From IMG/VR virus record IMGVR_UViG_3300028840_001395, positions 371,805-435,804 of that record: a DNA stretch of 64,000 nt; one strand, written 5' to 3'. The notes under the pieces are model-generated. The model did no database searches. It saw only the letters and a list, made by a program, of their open reading frames with translations, and had not been told where the DNA came from. This document shows, piece after piece, positions 1 to 11,200 of the stretch; position 1 is the first letter of the stretch, and every line of letters begins with the position of its first letter. The translations under genes and the position numbers were made by a program.

Positions 1-584
1 CGGTTCGCCAGGGTCACCCCCTCGTCCAGCACCATGTCAGAGCCCTGGGAGGACGATGCGACGATGTTGCCCGGCTGGATGTGCCGGAGCTTGAAACGTG
101 TCCGATCATGGACGCCCTTGACGAACTCCTGGTCGGTCGGGGAGTCGAGGTCGTATTCGTCCACCTCGAAGTCCGCACCTGTGACCCACTCACGACCCAT
201 CCAGGGGCCAGGGACGGCCCAGGCCAGGATGACCGGAACCTTGGTTCCTCCGTGGGGGGAGGCGGTCTCCTGGGGCATCCAGCCGACGATGCAGTAGTCC
301 CCGACCTCGGGCATGGCTCCGAAGAAGTGGCGCTTTCCGGCTCCGGGCACCGTGAGTGGAATCGGAACGCGGTCATGGGTCTCCGCAACACCCGTGAGGG
401 TACGGAGGGTCACCATGAAGTCCTCGTAGTCGATGACCATGACCTTGGCGACACCCAGACCGTAGTTACGATCTGGCCCCATCTGACTCAAGTCCATCTC
501 GGCCTTGAGTGTGGACTGACGGATCTGTCCCCGATTTACTTGTCTGAGCGCCGAAAACGGAGGGAGTCCGCCCCTTTTAGCCAT
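1..584 (-). CDS. Baseplate central spike protein, gpV/gp5-like N-terminal OB fold (partial, runs off left edge)
   Basis: Not in the ORF track because it has no stop in the window. Manual translation from ATG 584 (TGATG overlap with hub stop) gives MAKRGGLPPF...GVAKVMVIDYEDFMVTLRTLTG...HFFGAMPEVGDYCIVGW. The P-x-VGD-x-x-x-V-G motif is typical of gp5/gpV OB folds, and the gene follows the hub. Confidence 0.6.
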   Translation of the reverse strand, partial: MAKRGGLPPFSALRQVNRGQIRQSTLKAEMDLSQMGPDRNYGLGVAKVMVIDYEDFMVTLRTLTGVAETHDRVPIPLTVPGAGKRHFFGAMPEVGDYCIVGWMPQETASPHGGTKVPVILAWAVPGPWMGREWVTGADFEVDEYDLDSPTDQEFVKGVHDRTRFKLRHIQPGNIVASSSQGSDMVLDEGVTLAN

Positions 585-3500
585 CAGAGTTCTCCGTCAT
601 CTACGACTTCCACGTCGTTCCTGATTCGCCGGGCCTCCTCCTCAATGGACTCAGCCTGGGCGGTCAATGCCCTTGTCTGTTCCGAGATTCTGTCCACCTG
701 GTCACGGAAAGCCTCTCCCGTCGAGAGGATGGTCGAGACAATCGTGCTCTTTCTCGTGTCAGGCACCGTCCCCCGCAGCGCATCCTGGCTGACCTTCCAG
801 GCCCCAGACTGTCGCGCCACCTCGGCCATGAGCCACTGAGTCGGACGATCTTCCTCACCCGTCCCCGCCGTGTCCGCCGTCTGGTTGGCCGGAGCGGCGA
901 AGTCAAGGAAGTTGTCCTGCCCAGCGGCGTCTAGCATCACCTCGGCCTCGGCCATCTTGCAGGAGCAGATGCGCTTGCTCGTGTGCAAGGTCATGTCGGC
1001 CAGCGAATAGGCCGCGTTGTTGATGGGCAGCTTCTGGACACCCTCCTTGCCCTTCTCCGAGAACCAGTTCATGAAGTTGATCTCAAGCATGTTCGGGTCA
1101 CTGGTCTTCTCCGCCAGGCCCAGGTCGAGAAGCTGCTTGTCTGTGTATTCCCTCCGGAGAGCTGCGATGACCTGACGGGACGCCTCATCGTAGGCATCCT
1201 GGCCTTCCAGCAACTCCTTGCGAGTCACCGGGTTGCCGTTCTTGTCCGTCTTGACGCTGCCGTCTGGATTCTCGACAGGGACATCGGCGTAGAGGCCCTC
1301 CTTCTTCACGATGACTCGCAGGATGAGATCCATCTGGTGTTTGTCGAGGATATCCAGCGGGGACTGGTTGTGCAGGGCATCGAACACCCCGTTGGGATCG
1401 ATGTCCACGTCACGCCCGTAGCGATACGACCCGAAGACTTCGTATCCACGGGCATCCGACACGGGGAACACAGGCGTCTGGAGCCTGAACGGACGCTTGG
1501 CCTCCGTGCTCTGTTTCGCCTTCTCCACGGTAGGCATCGAAGCATCGTAGTGCCCACCGAGGGATTGCTCGAACAAGCCGAGCCGATACTTGGCCTCTGT
1601 GAACGGAAGACCCATGCTCCGCATCGAGTCGAACCACTCATACTTGGCTGCCGCGATCATCACCCGATATGCCTGAGTCCCCAGTTCCACCGCCATCCTC
1701 TCCCAGAACGCTCGGAGGGTGGTGTTCTTTGATGACCCAGGCCACGCCTCGGGGAGACCTGTGGTGGCCGAGTTCACGTCCGAGAATCTGTAGCTGGAGC
1801 CGATGGGGGTCTCGAAGTCGAATACCGTCCCGCCAACGGTCAGGCTCAATATCACCGGGAGTTGGGGGAAAACGGGAATCGAGGAGGGGTCTATCCCAGG
1901 GGTGTTCTTGGTGGCTTCTGCGGACTGGTTTACGTTGGTGTTGAAGTTCACCAGCCACGACCCGAAGATATCTTCGAGGGTCTGGCTTGTGTTCCCCTGC
2001 TGGTACTGCTGAACCTCGGTCAGTGCCGACTTCTGAAGGGCCTCTCGAAGCTGGGCCTCTCCGTCAGAAACCTCCCGGCGGCGTTGCGTACTGATGATCC
2101 TCCGGCTGATGTCCGCCGAGTGGGTGGCGAACATCAACTCCCGGATCTCACTTGTCGGAAGGATCTCTCCATCGGCCTGCTCTGGGTTGTTGGTGAGCAC
2201 CCTGATACCCCACTTGGGCGTCACGGGGGCCAGCCTCGCCTCGGGCCGGATGCTCCCCACGGGCTGCGTCACCTGGTCTGAGGGGACGAAGCCCTCAACG
2301 GTGGTGTTCTTCCAGAGCCCCTCCAGGTAGGGGCTCCGATACTTGGTCGTGCTCGTGGTCGCCGTATCCGTGGAGGGTGATTGATCGGCGGCGTCTGGGC
2401 TCTGGAAGCTGACTTCGAGCTGACCCTGGTGCTTCGGGTCGGGGTGTGACGCCGAGTAGTAGCGGAAGTCACCGGGGATGTTGCCGCCGATCATGGCAGC
2501 TTTCTTGTTCGAGAGGATGTCCAGCAGGTTGTTGGTGGTCTTGAGCTTGCTCGACCTCCCCTGACCACGGGACGTGTATCTCTCGCCGTATGCTTCCCCA
2601 AGGCGCTTGATCAGTTCGATGAGCCAGCGAATCCCCACGTTGTCCTCGTTCGACAGGTAGGTCTCGAAGTCCTGCTGGCTCTGGGTGTACTGGGCCATGA
2701 GTTCCCGGCGCTGTTTCTCCAGGTCAGAGATCTGCTGCTGCTTCTGAAGAATGTACTTCTTATAGTCCTCGTAGGAGTCATACTTCTGTGCCTGTGCGCG
2801 CTGGACATTCTGGGTGAGGAGGATGATCTGCTGATTGAGGCTGTTGACCTTTGCCTGCTGTGCCTTGAGCTTCTCGACCTGAGTATCCTGGGCAGCCACG
2901 AGGGTCTTGGCCGCAGCGAGAAGATTCACCGCGCCACTGGGGGTCTCTGGCGACCCCGCCTGCGGGTTGGATGCCTCATCAAAAGGATTCAGGAAGTAGA
3001 GGAGCTGTCTCTCCCGCTCCCCGATGTCCAAGACGTAGAGCCCTTCAGTGCCCTCCGAACGATCTGTCACGTCATCGATATTGGCCGGACGAATGACGTG
3101 GAGTTCATCCACGGCGATCCTGATCAGGTTGGCCAGTGTGTCCGGGTTGTCGATCATGTCCACGTCAGAACCGACGATCAGGAACAGCGGGTTGAGCTTC
3201 TTCATGTCGAGAGCCATCACGACATTCGGGAAGCCAGCCAACCGAGGACGCCCGGCGTTATCCAGAACCTGCAAGGGTCGCGGAGGCAGAATGGAATCCC
3301 CCAGGTCAATAGCGTCAATACCCCGGCGGGAAGGGTCACCGGGGGCGTAGAACTTCGCCCGCTTCGCCTGAAGGGTCAGAGAGGTCGTCGCCTGGCCCCC
3401 CACCCCATAGCTGTGGGCGAAGGAGGGGCAGTAGTAGAAGCAGTCGAGATACTGGATGTAGAACGGGTATCCGGGTCGAATCTCCGGACGCATCGGGATA

Positions 3501-5935
3501 CTCAACTGAGCCCCGTTCATCGGGGCGTTCATCACATCCATCCGGTTGATGGAAGCGAAGAACATGCTCTTGGGGTCGTTGAAGTAGTTGGCCTCGAAGT
3601 CTCCAGGTCGCCAACCGAACTGGGCCACCAGGCGGTAGTCGATGTACTGACCCTGGACGCCCCACTCATTCTCCAGACCCGAGCCAAGGAAGTTCTTGAA
3701 CCCCGGCCCCTTGCCGGTCATGTAGGTGACCTGGGGCTCCTGTTCGTTGAAGTTGATGTTGATAATGTCGATGTCCTCGATGCGATAGACCCGTGCGCTC
3801 GACGTGTCGAGGTTGTACATGGGTGGCTTGAACACGAAGTCGCCATCCACGTCCTGGAAGAACTCGAAGCCCGTCACCTCACACACCCGCTGGGCGATGT
3901 CCATCTTGGACTCGTAGGTGGACTCGAAATCGTTGAAATTACCCCAGTTTCCAAGGTTGGTCACGAAAGCCTGCATCTCGATCATGTTCAACTCGAACTG
4001 GGGAGTGCTGGATGCCCCGGCCTCGGTATCCCGAGTCTGCCGCTGTTGGATGAGAGCTTCCAGGCGTCGGTTCCGAGTCAGCCCGAGTGCGATGGACTGC
4101 TGGAGGATCTCCGGCCTCACGCTCTGCTTCAGGTTGAACCGACCCCGGACGAGACTCGTGAGTTCCGTGCTGCTGGTCGAGCCCAGAAAAGCTGCCTGGG
4201 CGGCACTGTATAGCTCACCCGTGACCCCGTGCATCCGGAGCTTGGTCTCCTTGGTCTTGAATCGCTGCTCCCAGTACTTGATGTTCAAGGAGAACAGCGA
4301 ATCCGAGTTGACTGGCGAGCGGGCATCCTGGTTGGTCTTCTGTGAGAGCGCCCAGGAGACACCCGCCGCCGATCCCGCCACGTCATTGTGGAGGGTGTAG
4401 AGGATCTCGTAAGGGTGCATCCCCGTGTAGTTGTGGCCCACCACCGACGCCTTGAGCTTTGAGTTCAAGGGTCGAGCACCGAACAGCGAGGCATTGGTCG
4501 ATACCCGGTGATACTGCCAGAAGTGCAGCATCGAAGAACATGACACGGAGATGCTCTGAACACCTGTGCTGTAGGAGTGACCCACCTGGGTCACCACGCC
4601 TCTGAAAACGTGGTAGTAGGGGTAGGCCAGCACATCTTCAAGCCCGAAGCCCGCCAGACCCACCTCGTCCAGCAAGGACTGGTTGAAGGCCGGATCCACG
4701 ACATCCTCGTTCGGCTTCTGCTCGATGGGATCTCCGGGCAACGACTCGTTCACCACGGCCATCGGCTCCTGGCCGAGCTGCTGCTGGAGGTTCGGGATGC
4801 CCTCACCCACCGAGGGAATGAATCCGTCTCCGGCCCCTCTGTTCTCGAAGTAGCTGGCCACATCGCCGCGACCATTGTTCCGGAGCCATGCCAGAGCGGC
4901 CTTCGTGCCCGAAGTCCCCGGAGGCCCTATCTCATGCCCACCCCTGCCATCCGTGTTGACCCACAGCCAGGAAGCCGTGCTGCCCGGCTTTGTCCCTCGG
5001 GCATCGAACCCATAGGAGCCCCGGAAGTCGTAGTGCGTCCCGGAAGACCCGCCGGGAGGAGCGCCCTTCTTGCCCGTGGGAGCCCCCTGGTCAGAAGGAC
5101 TCGTGCCGTTGCAGGTAGCCCCATTGACATAGAGGCCCTGTCCGCCCTTGGGGAGACGACCCTGACGGGCCAACTCCTGCGTTCCGGCCCACGCCTGAAG
5201 GGCCGGCACCGTGCGACGGTTACCTGACGCATCGGTGTAATTGATGGTGTAGTCGATGGCCGCCCCGTCCGGATGTGACGAGCCCCCGCCCGGCCCGCGA
5301 TGGTGATCCGCGATGGACACCTCGGCGTTGGGGTATTGCTGCTGCCAGTACTTCTCGATGATTTCTGCCACTCCGGCAGCGATGACGGAGTTCTCCGCCT
5401 CGGGACCAGCCCCCAACTCGTCCATCCCACGACCGAGCCACTTGTTGAGGAGCCCCTCGGGCACATTGTTGAAGTTGACCCCAGACTTCGAGGCCGGGAA
5501 GCTGTCCTTCTTCTCCCCAATCTGTCGCTGGGCGATGATCTCCGGGGGCACCTCGCCTGCCGGGTTGATGCCTCCCTCGACGTTACGGGGGTCATCGAGG
5601 TTCGAGAAGAGACCCTTCACCGGGAAGTAACCCCGGAAGTAGATGTGGACTTCAAGCCCTGGGCGAAGGATGAAGCGAGCGTCACGGGCGAACGCCTCGT
5701 TGTGATGGACTGGCACTGACAGGGTGAAACTGGCCGACATCGCACCGGGGTCGGTGCCTGCATCAACGGAGACCTCGGTGATGAACTGCTGGATGTCGAT
5801 CTTGCCGTTGCACTTGGGGCAGCCGGGGATGGACACGTCCCCGTTGATGTACACCAGGGCATCAGGGGTGTGCTGCACCAACTCGTGCTGGCCGAGCCGC
5901 CAGCTTCCCACGTATGGTCTGTTCGTGATGCCCAT
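584..5935 (-). CDS. Baseplate hub protein (gp27/gpD-like) with inserted M15-type zinc peptidase domain
   Basis: 1783 aa. Hub-like segments (VFRGVVTQV, FEFFQDVDGDFVFKPP, PEIRPGYP, HSYGVGG..TTSLTL). Insert carries SSHPDGAAID...GLY...HYDFR. Position downstream of tape measure and initiators. Confidence 0.65.
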   Translation of the reverse strand: MGITNRPYVGSWRLGQHELVQHTPDALVYINGDVSIPGCPKCNGKIDIQQFITEVSVDAGTDPGAMSASFTLSVPVHHNEAFARDARFILRPGLEVHIYFRGYFPVKGLFSNLDDPRNVEGGINPAGEVPPEIIAQRQIGEKKDSFPASKSGVNFNNVPEGLLNKWLGRGMDELGAGPEAENSVIAAGVAEIIEKYWQQQYPNAEVSIADHHRGPGGGSSHPDGAAIDYTINYTDASGNRRTVPALQAWAGTQELARQGRLPKGGQGLYVNGATCNGTSPSDQGAPTGKKGAPPGGSSGTHYDFRGSYGFDARGTKPGSTASWLWVNTDGRGGHEIGPPGTSGTKAALAWLRNNGRGDVASYFENRGAGDGFIPSVGEGIPNLQQQLGQEPMAVVNESLPGDPIEQKPNEDVVDPAFNQSLLDEVGLAGFGLEDVLAYPYYHVFRGVVTQVGHSYSTGVQSISVSCSSMLHFWQYHRVSTNASLFGARPLNSKLKASVVGHNYTGMHPYEILYTLHNDVAGSAAGVSWALSQKTNQDARSPVNSDSLFSLNIKYWEQRFKTKETKLRMHGVTGELYSAAQAAFLGSTSSTELTSLVRGRFNLKQSVRPEILQQSIALGLTRNRRLEALIQQRQTRDTEAGASSTPQFELNMIEMQAFVTNLGNWGNFNDFESTYESKMDIAQRVCEVTGFEFFQDVDGDFVFKPPMYNLDTSSARVYRIEDIDIININFNEQEPQVTYMTGKGPGFKNFLGSGLENEWGVQGQYIDYRLVAQFGWRPGDFEANYFNDPKSMFFASINRMDVMNAPMNGAQLSIPMRPEIRPGYPFYIQYLDCFYYCPSFAHSYGVGGQATTSLTLQAKRAKFYAPGDPSRRGIDAIDLGDSILPPRPLQVLDNAGRPRLAGFPNVVMALDMKKLNPLFLIVGSDVDMIDNPDTLANLIRIAVDELHVIRPANIDDVTDRSEGTEGLYVLDIGERERQLLYFLNPFDEASNPQAGSPETPSGAVNLLAAAKTLVAAQDTQVEKLKAQQAKVNSLNQQIILLTQNVQRAQAQKYDSYEDYKKYILQKQQQISDLEKQRRELMAQYTQSQQDFETYLSNEDNVGIRWLIELIKRLGEAYGERYTSRGQGRSSKLKTTNNLLDILSNKKAAMIGGNIPGDFRYYSASHPDPKHQGQLEVSFQSPDAADQSPSTDTATTSTTKYRSPYLEGLWKNTTVEGFVPSDQVTQPVGSIRPEARLAPVTPKWGIRVLTNNPEQADGEILPTSEIRELMFATHSADISRRIISTQRRREVSDGEAQLREALQKSALTEVQQYQQGNTSQTLEDIFGSWLVNFNTNVNQSAEATKNTPGIDPSSIPVFPQLPVILSLTVGGTVFDFETPIGSSYRFSDVNSATTGLPEAWPGSSKNTTLRAFWERMAVELGTQAYRVMIAAAKYEWFDSMRSMGLPFTEAKYRLGLFEQSLGGHYDASMPTVEKAKQSTEAKRPFRLQTPVFPVSDARGYEVFGSYRYGRDVDIDPNGVFDALHNQSPLDILDKHQMDLILRVIVKKEGLYADVPVENPDGSVKTDKNGNPVTRKELLEGQDAYDEASRQVIAALRREYTDKQLLDLGLAEKTSDPNMLEINFMNWFSEKGKEGVQKLPINNAAYSLADMTLHTSKRICSCKMAEAEVMLDAAGQDNFLDFAAPANQTADTAGTGEEDRPTQWLMAEVARQSGAWKVSQDALRGTVPDTRKSTIVSTILSTGEAFRDQVDRISEQTRALTAQAESIEEEARRIRNDVEVVDDGEL

Positions 5936-5938
5936 GCC

Positions 5939-7534
5939 CTATCCCGAGAACGTCTGCGCGATCTTGAACTTGTCCACCCGCACATTCTCTGCTTCATCTA
6001 CCGGACGGCTCCCCGGTGCGGGTGCTGTCACGGGAGCCTGGAACCCACCCGGCGTCGGAGGCTGGCTCGGAGTGCCCGTCTGCTGTCCCTGCGACCCCGG
6101 CGGAGCCGGAGGGGGTGGGTTGAAATCGGGATCCCCGAAGAACATATCGCTGGCCTCCTGGGGGAGCAGAGAGGAGAAGGCATCGTTGGCGCTGACCTGC
6201 TGGCCCTGTGTCGAAAGCTGCAAGCTCCCGTCATCGTTGAACCCGACCGAGAAGTTCCCCGGCTGGTTCTGGGCCTGGTTGACGAGCCCCCGGTAGCGAG
6301 GGTCACTCAAGCTCGGGATGGGTGACCGCATCGGGGTGACAACGAACGGCTGCTGGGCGGTGTCCTGCATCGCGGAGACCACAAAATCCATCGAGAACGC
6401 GATGCCGCCGCCCGGCAGGGACTCATCGTAGGTGTAGTTGAAGCTCTCCAGGTGACCGTAGTACACCCACTGATCGTAGTGGATGGACAGGGCTCCAACG
6501 AAGTGGTGGGCGTTCGACTTGTCCACCGTGTTGTAGATGTAGCCGTTGTTCCGGTAGAGGTGGAACAGGTTCATGAGATTCTGCCAGGAAGCCGAATCCC
6601 GCTTCGACGCGAACTGGACGCCCTTGCCCCCAGCCAGGAACGCACCGCACTTGGCCTCGATAGACAGACGGGGCTGATCCTCCCCCCACGCCTGAAAGAT
6701 GTAGCCGAAGCGGCTGCGATCCTGGTACTGCTGGATCTTGGTGATGGCCAGGTTCAATGACTGGGGGTTGATCAGCAACACCAGCGGCGGTGTGTTGATC
6801 GCCACCGAGAGCTGCCAGGCGATGTCCAGCGCCGCCATCACGTCCGCAATCGCGGGCTGCCCCAGTCGAGATGAGTCCTTCCCCGTGTCGTCCGCCCGGT
6901 CGCCCTTGGGGGTGGGATTCTGACGGGGGCTGTTGGCGTTCTTGACCACCATCTCTTGGCCAGAGGCCGCGTTGGTGGAGATGCTGTTGAAGGCCGACTG
7001 GGCGAGCTGCGAACGGGCCGCGTCGTAGCCCGAGTTGCTCCCTTGGGCTGCCGAGTAGATACCGACGTTGGTGCCAGTCTTCTTCGTCGGGGCCGTGAAG
7101 CTCCCGTCGCTGGCGAACACCAGCGGGGGCTCGACCTGGATCATGAACGGCGAGAGTGTCCGTAGCAGCGACTGGGCCTGCGAGAGTGGCATCGCCTGGG
7201 GTGGCTCGTAGCCAATCTCTAGTTCCGGCCCAGTCCGAAGTCCCTGGAAGGCCAACGGGGGTGGAGGAGACTTCACCGACTGGGCTGTCGTGAAAGCCCG
7301 CTCCTGCTCGTAGTTCTTGTTCCCCGCCTGACTGGTGGGGACGTTCACAGGGACGTTGCCCTCATTCTCTCGATTCGCCTGGGCCTGCTGTAGAAGCTGG
7401 TCAGCCCCCTCCCGACCACCGGGAGCATTCGGCCCCGAACTCTGCGGGGGAATAGGCACCAGCGGGATATCGAATCCCTCCGTCTGGGTGATGGTCGGCT
7501 CGCCCACAGTGATCACTACATCGTCAGCCATCAT
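5939..7534 (-). CDS. Baseplate/tail tube initiator-like protein
   Basis: 531 aa. Core LLINPQSL...WGEDQPRLS...YYGHLESFNY is paralogous to the adjacent gene. Lies between tape measure and hub. Confidence 0.5.
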   Translation of the reverse strand: MMADDVVITVGEPTITQTEGFDIPLVPIPPQSSGPNAPGGREGADQLLQQAQANRENEGNVPVNVPTSQAGNKNYEQERAFTTAQSVKSPPPPLAFQGLRTGPELEIGYEPPQAMPLSQAQSLLRTLSPFMIQVEPPLVFASDGSFTAPTKKTGTNVGIYSAAQGSNSGYDAARSQLAQSAFNSISTNAASGQEMVVKNANSPRQNPTPKGDRADDTGKDSSRLGQPAIADVMAALDIAWQLSVAINTPPLVLLINPQSLNLAITKIQQYQDRSRFGYIFQAWGEDQPRLSIEAKCGAFLAGGKGVQFASKRDSASWQNLMNLFHLYRNNGYIYNTVDKSNAHHFVGALSIHYDQWVYYGHLESFNYTYDESLPGGGIAFSMDFVVSAMQDTAQQPFVVTPMRSPIPSLSDPRYRGLVNQAQNQPGNFSVGFNDDGSLQLSTQGQQVSANDAFSSLLPQEASDMFFGDPDFNPPPPAPPGSQGQQTGTPSQPPTPGGFQAPVTAPAPGSRPVDEAENVRVDKFKIAQTFSG

Positions 7535-7540
7535 CTACCC

Positions 7541-8254
7541 TCATAGCCCAGAAGGGAGACCAATCCCGAACGAAGGCGTCTGGCTAGTCTCAGGCTGCGG
7601 GACACCCGCCCCGAAGGACTGGGAACCCAGGTTGCTGTAGGGCATCGAACGGAACCGCTGAACCTCACTGTCCACCATGAAGTTGGCTGACAGGTTGAAC
7701 TGGTAGGGGCTCTCCACAGATTCGGTCACGGTGAAGCTGGTGAACCAGCCCAGGTAGACGCCTCCATCGAAGGTGACCTTGATGATCCCCTGGAACACCA
7801 CCTTGCCCGTCGCGTCGTAGACCGAGCCGTTGTTGTGGAACAGGGCCAGGAGGTCGAGATACTTGTCGTAGGCGATGGTCTCTCGACGGTTGCCCTGTGT
7901 CTCATAGGCTCCGGGGCCACCCGTGACATTGGACAGGCCGGAGTAGAGGCGCATGAAACCACCCGTGGCGATGTCGAAGTCCATCGACCGGATGCCTTCC
8001 CCCCAGTGCTGTTCTACGAAGCCGCCCTTGGTGTTGATGCGCTCGATGACCTTGGTGTAGCTGAACGACATCGTTTTCGGGTTGACGTGCAAGACCATCT
8101 TCAGGTCGCTGGGCAGGATGCTGGTCTCCTGATCGGGAGCCAGAATATCGAACACCACCGGACGAACCCCTCGATTCGGGTTGTACTCGTCCTCCCACGA
8201 CCGGAACGCCGACCGGAAGAGAGGGATCGCAGGGGTTCGCTTGAACCGGGGCAT
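7541..8254 (-). CDS. Baseplate/tail tube initiator-like protein
   Basis: LHVNPKTMSF...WGEG...YLGWFTSFTVTE..PYQFN pattern of tube-fold baseplate proteins. ATG overlaps the tape measure stop (TGATG). Confidence 0.55.
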   Translation of the reverse strand: MPRFKRTPAIPLFRSAFRSWEDEYNPNRGVRPVVFDILAPDQETSILPSDLKMVLHVNPKTMSFSYTKVIERINTKGGFVEQHWGEGIRSMDFDIATGGFMRLYSGLSNVTGGPGAYETQGNRRETIAYDKYLDLLALFHNNGSVYDATGKVVFQGIIKVTFDGGVYLGWFTSFTVTESVESPYQFNLSANFMVDSEVQRFRSMPYSNLGSQSFGAGVPQPETSQTPSFGIGLPSGL

Positions 8255-11200
8255 CAAGACACCATCTGGGGTGCGACAGTCCTAATCGTCTCTTCCGCTG
8301 CCTTCTGCTGCGCGGGGGCAGCACCGTGAAATTCAAAGGACAGGTGGCCAATGGGAGGCTTGTCCTTCGACCCTGCTGGGGGAGTTTTCGCGGCCTCACT
8401 CCTCATAGAATCGATGAACTCCTTGGCTCGCTGACCTCTCTCGGACGAGGATGTCTCAAGAACACCCTCGGAAATCTTTTTCAACAGCTTCTTCTCTTCC
8501 TCCCCGAGCATCTTGGCCAGTCTCTTGGCCTCCTCGCGCCTCCGATCAGCCTCATTCTGGCGACGAATTCGAGCGTCCTCGGCCTCGGCCTGTTCCTTCG
8601 TTGCGCCTCGTGCTTGCAATCTATCGGCTGCCCTCTCCAGATCCTGCTCCAGCTTCTTCTTGAACTCGGCCTCGACCTCGCCAGATATCTTTGCCACGGA
8701 CTTCTTGTCGAACATGCCAGAGAGGATCATCTTGATTTGTCCCAATTTTGCGGGGGAGACAGCTTCCTCGTATTCACGAGGTATGCCGTGTGCCCGCCCC
8801 CTCGGGCCGATACCTGGAACACGAACAGTCCTGGGAGCGGCCACTACATCCAGCACCGTTTCTGCGGCACGTTTGATGTAATCATCCGTTTTGTAATCGG
8901 AGATCGTCCCTCCGGCTTCATCCTTCCGGGCAATCTTGGCGAGGGTTTTGCTCATCTTCTCCTGGCGCTCGATAGCGGCCCTCTCCTCCGGAGTCTTGGC
9001 TGCAGCTTTCCTCGCAGCCAGCTTCTTCGCATTCCGGTCGAATTGTTTCGCCGCCTCATTTCGCGCCTGACGCTCATCTGTGTTCGCCCCTCCGGTCAGC
9101 CAGACCTTGATGTCCACCACCGCATCCCGGATGTCCCGCAGGAACTCCTCGACGTGCTGCTGGATACGCTTGCCAATCGTGAGGGTGTTCTCCGCAATCT
9201 TCTTCGCAAACTCCTCCTGCTTCGTCAGCTTCTCAGGCATGTTGGCGAGGGCCGACCCCTGGGCCATGATAGCATCCGTCACATCCTTGATCTCTCCACC
9301 AAGACGGACATTGCCCTTGTCCATAGTGGCATGGAAGATCTTGTCACCCTTGATGGCCATCCCGAATGCCTTGGCAAAGACCTTGTTCTGTTCCTTGGTA
9401 ACCTTCTTCCCTGACGCTTGGAGCGCCGCAAGCTCCTTCTGCATGTCACCGAAGGAGGACTGACGCTCTCGGGCGATACGAATGTACTGCCGGGTCTGCT
9501 CGTTGTTCCAACCCATCTGATCTTGGAGGATCTTCCAGTCGATCTTCTGGCTCTTGGCCAGCTCCTTTCCTGTCCACCTAGCGGCCACGGCAAAGTCGGC
9601 GGCGAGCTTCCCTCCAGGCCCCATCACCGCCAAAGCAGCGGCCTGCTCGTTGATGTCCCCGGACATCCCCCGAGTCAGGTCGATGAGATCCTCCAACTCA
9701 CGAATGAGCTTCGGGTCGGCACCGGCTTTTCGCATGTCTGCGATGGCAGTCGCAATCTGGCCGGGGTTCATCTGCTGGAGCTGATCCGCGACCTGCTTCG
9801 CCAATGACTCACGGGCCTTCTGAGCCGCCGGACCCCCTCTACCGATGGTTCGCAGCAGATCCTGGCTCACTCCCATGTCGATTCCGAGAGCAGCGAGGGC
9901 CTCCGAGCCCTTCTTGAAATCCTTGCCGAAGATGTCCGACGCCTTCTGCGCCCACTCACGGGAGGTCGCGGCGATCTGCTTGGTCAGAATCTTCCCGAAC
10001 TCCTCTGGCCCCAGGAGCATGACCTTCTTGATACGGTCCTCCTGAGACAGATCAGAGAAACCCTTGGTCAAGCTCTGGAAGAACTGATCGCCTACACGCG
10101 ATCCCAGAACCTTAGACAGATTGAGCATCATGCCCGCAGCTTCTTCCAGCCGGACGTTGTACATGCTCAAGCCCGAGGTGGCCTGAAGAACCATGTTGAA
10201 GAACCGCTTGGTGCCGAAACCACTCATCTGAGCAGCCTCGTAGATGTTGGCGAAGCCCTCGCGGACACCTCGGAGAGACAGACCCATGTCCTCCATTCGG
10301 TCGGCCATGTCGGTCGCCGGCTTATCGGCGGACTCACCGAGGAGCTTCGAGTAGGTCAGCGCTGCCGAGGTTGCCTGCTGGTAGGCCTGCATCTCGGTCT
10401 TGGCACCCTTGATCTGCGTCCGCATCTCCTTGAGGGTGAACCCTGCCCCGGAGAAAGCACCCAGAATCTTCACCTGATCTTCGGCCAGGGTATCCCAGAC
10501 CTTGTTGAACTCGCTCTGCTGGGCCATCTTGGAGATCCTGTCAAATGCCCCTTCCAAAGCGTGTACGTTACTGGTGATGTCCCCCGCCATTGCACCACTG
10601 TCGATGAGAGTCCGATTCAATTCCTTCGTCTTGGTGTCCGCGTCAATCATCACCTTGACGACACCAGCAAAGGCCATCGCAATCGCACCCACAGCGGCGA
10701 TGATCCCACCGAGCTGTCCGATGATGCCACCCAGCTTGCCCTTGATGCTACCAGCGGTCTTGTCGGTCTGCTTGGCCTGAAGGGCGAGACCACCCTTTTT
10801 CGTCATGTCGCCCCAGCGCTTGAACATCCCACCGACGCCACCAAGTTCACCTGATAGAACATCGTTGAGGGACTGCCCCATCTCCTCCCCGACCTTGGCT
10901 GCAAGGGCAGCAGGCTTCTCTGCCCCTATCAAGGCCCCCTTGTCGAGATCCCTGCTAGCTTGCTTGCGACGGGATACGATGTCCTCTAGGTTCTTCTTCT
11001 CCTTATCAAATTTCTCCTGGATTGCGGCCTCTTGCTCCTTGTTCCCTTCGGCACGGGCCTTGGCGATTTCATTACGGATATCACGCATCTTCTTGGTGAT
11101 GCGTTCCAGATCCTTGTCGGAGTAGCCGACTTTGGCCAACTTGCCCACCACACCGGAGATCTGCTTGGACACCTGATCGATGAACTTCTTCACCGACCGG

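Noticed and set aside
584-5935. Intein in the hub, or in the deaminase insert
   Set aside because: No C/S...HN-C/S/T splice junction or LAGLIDADG motifs seen.
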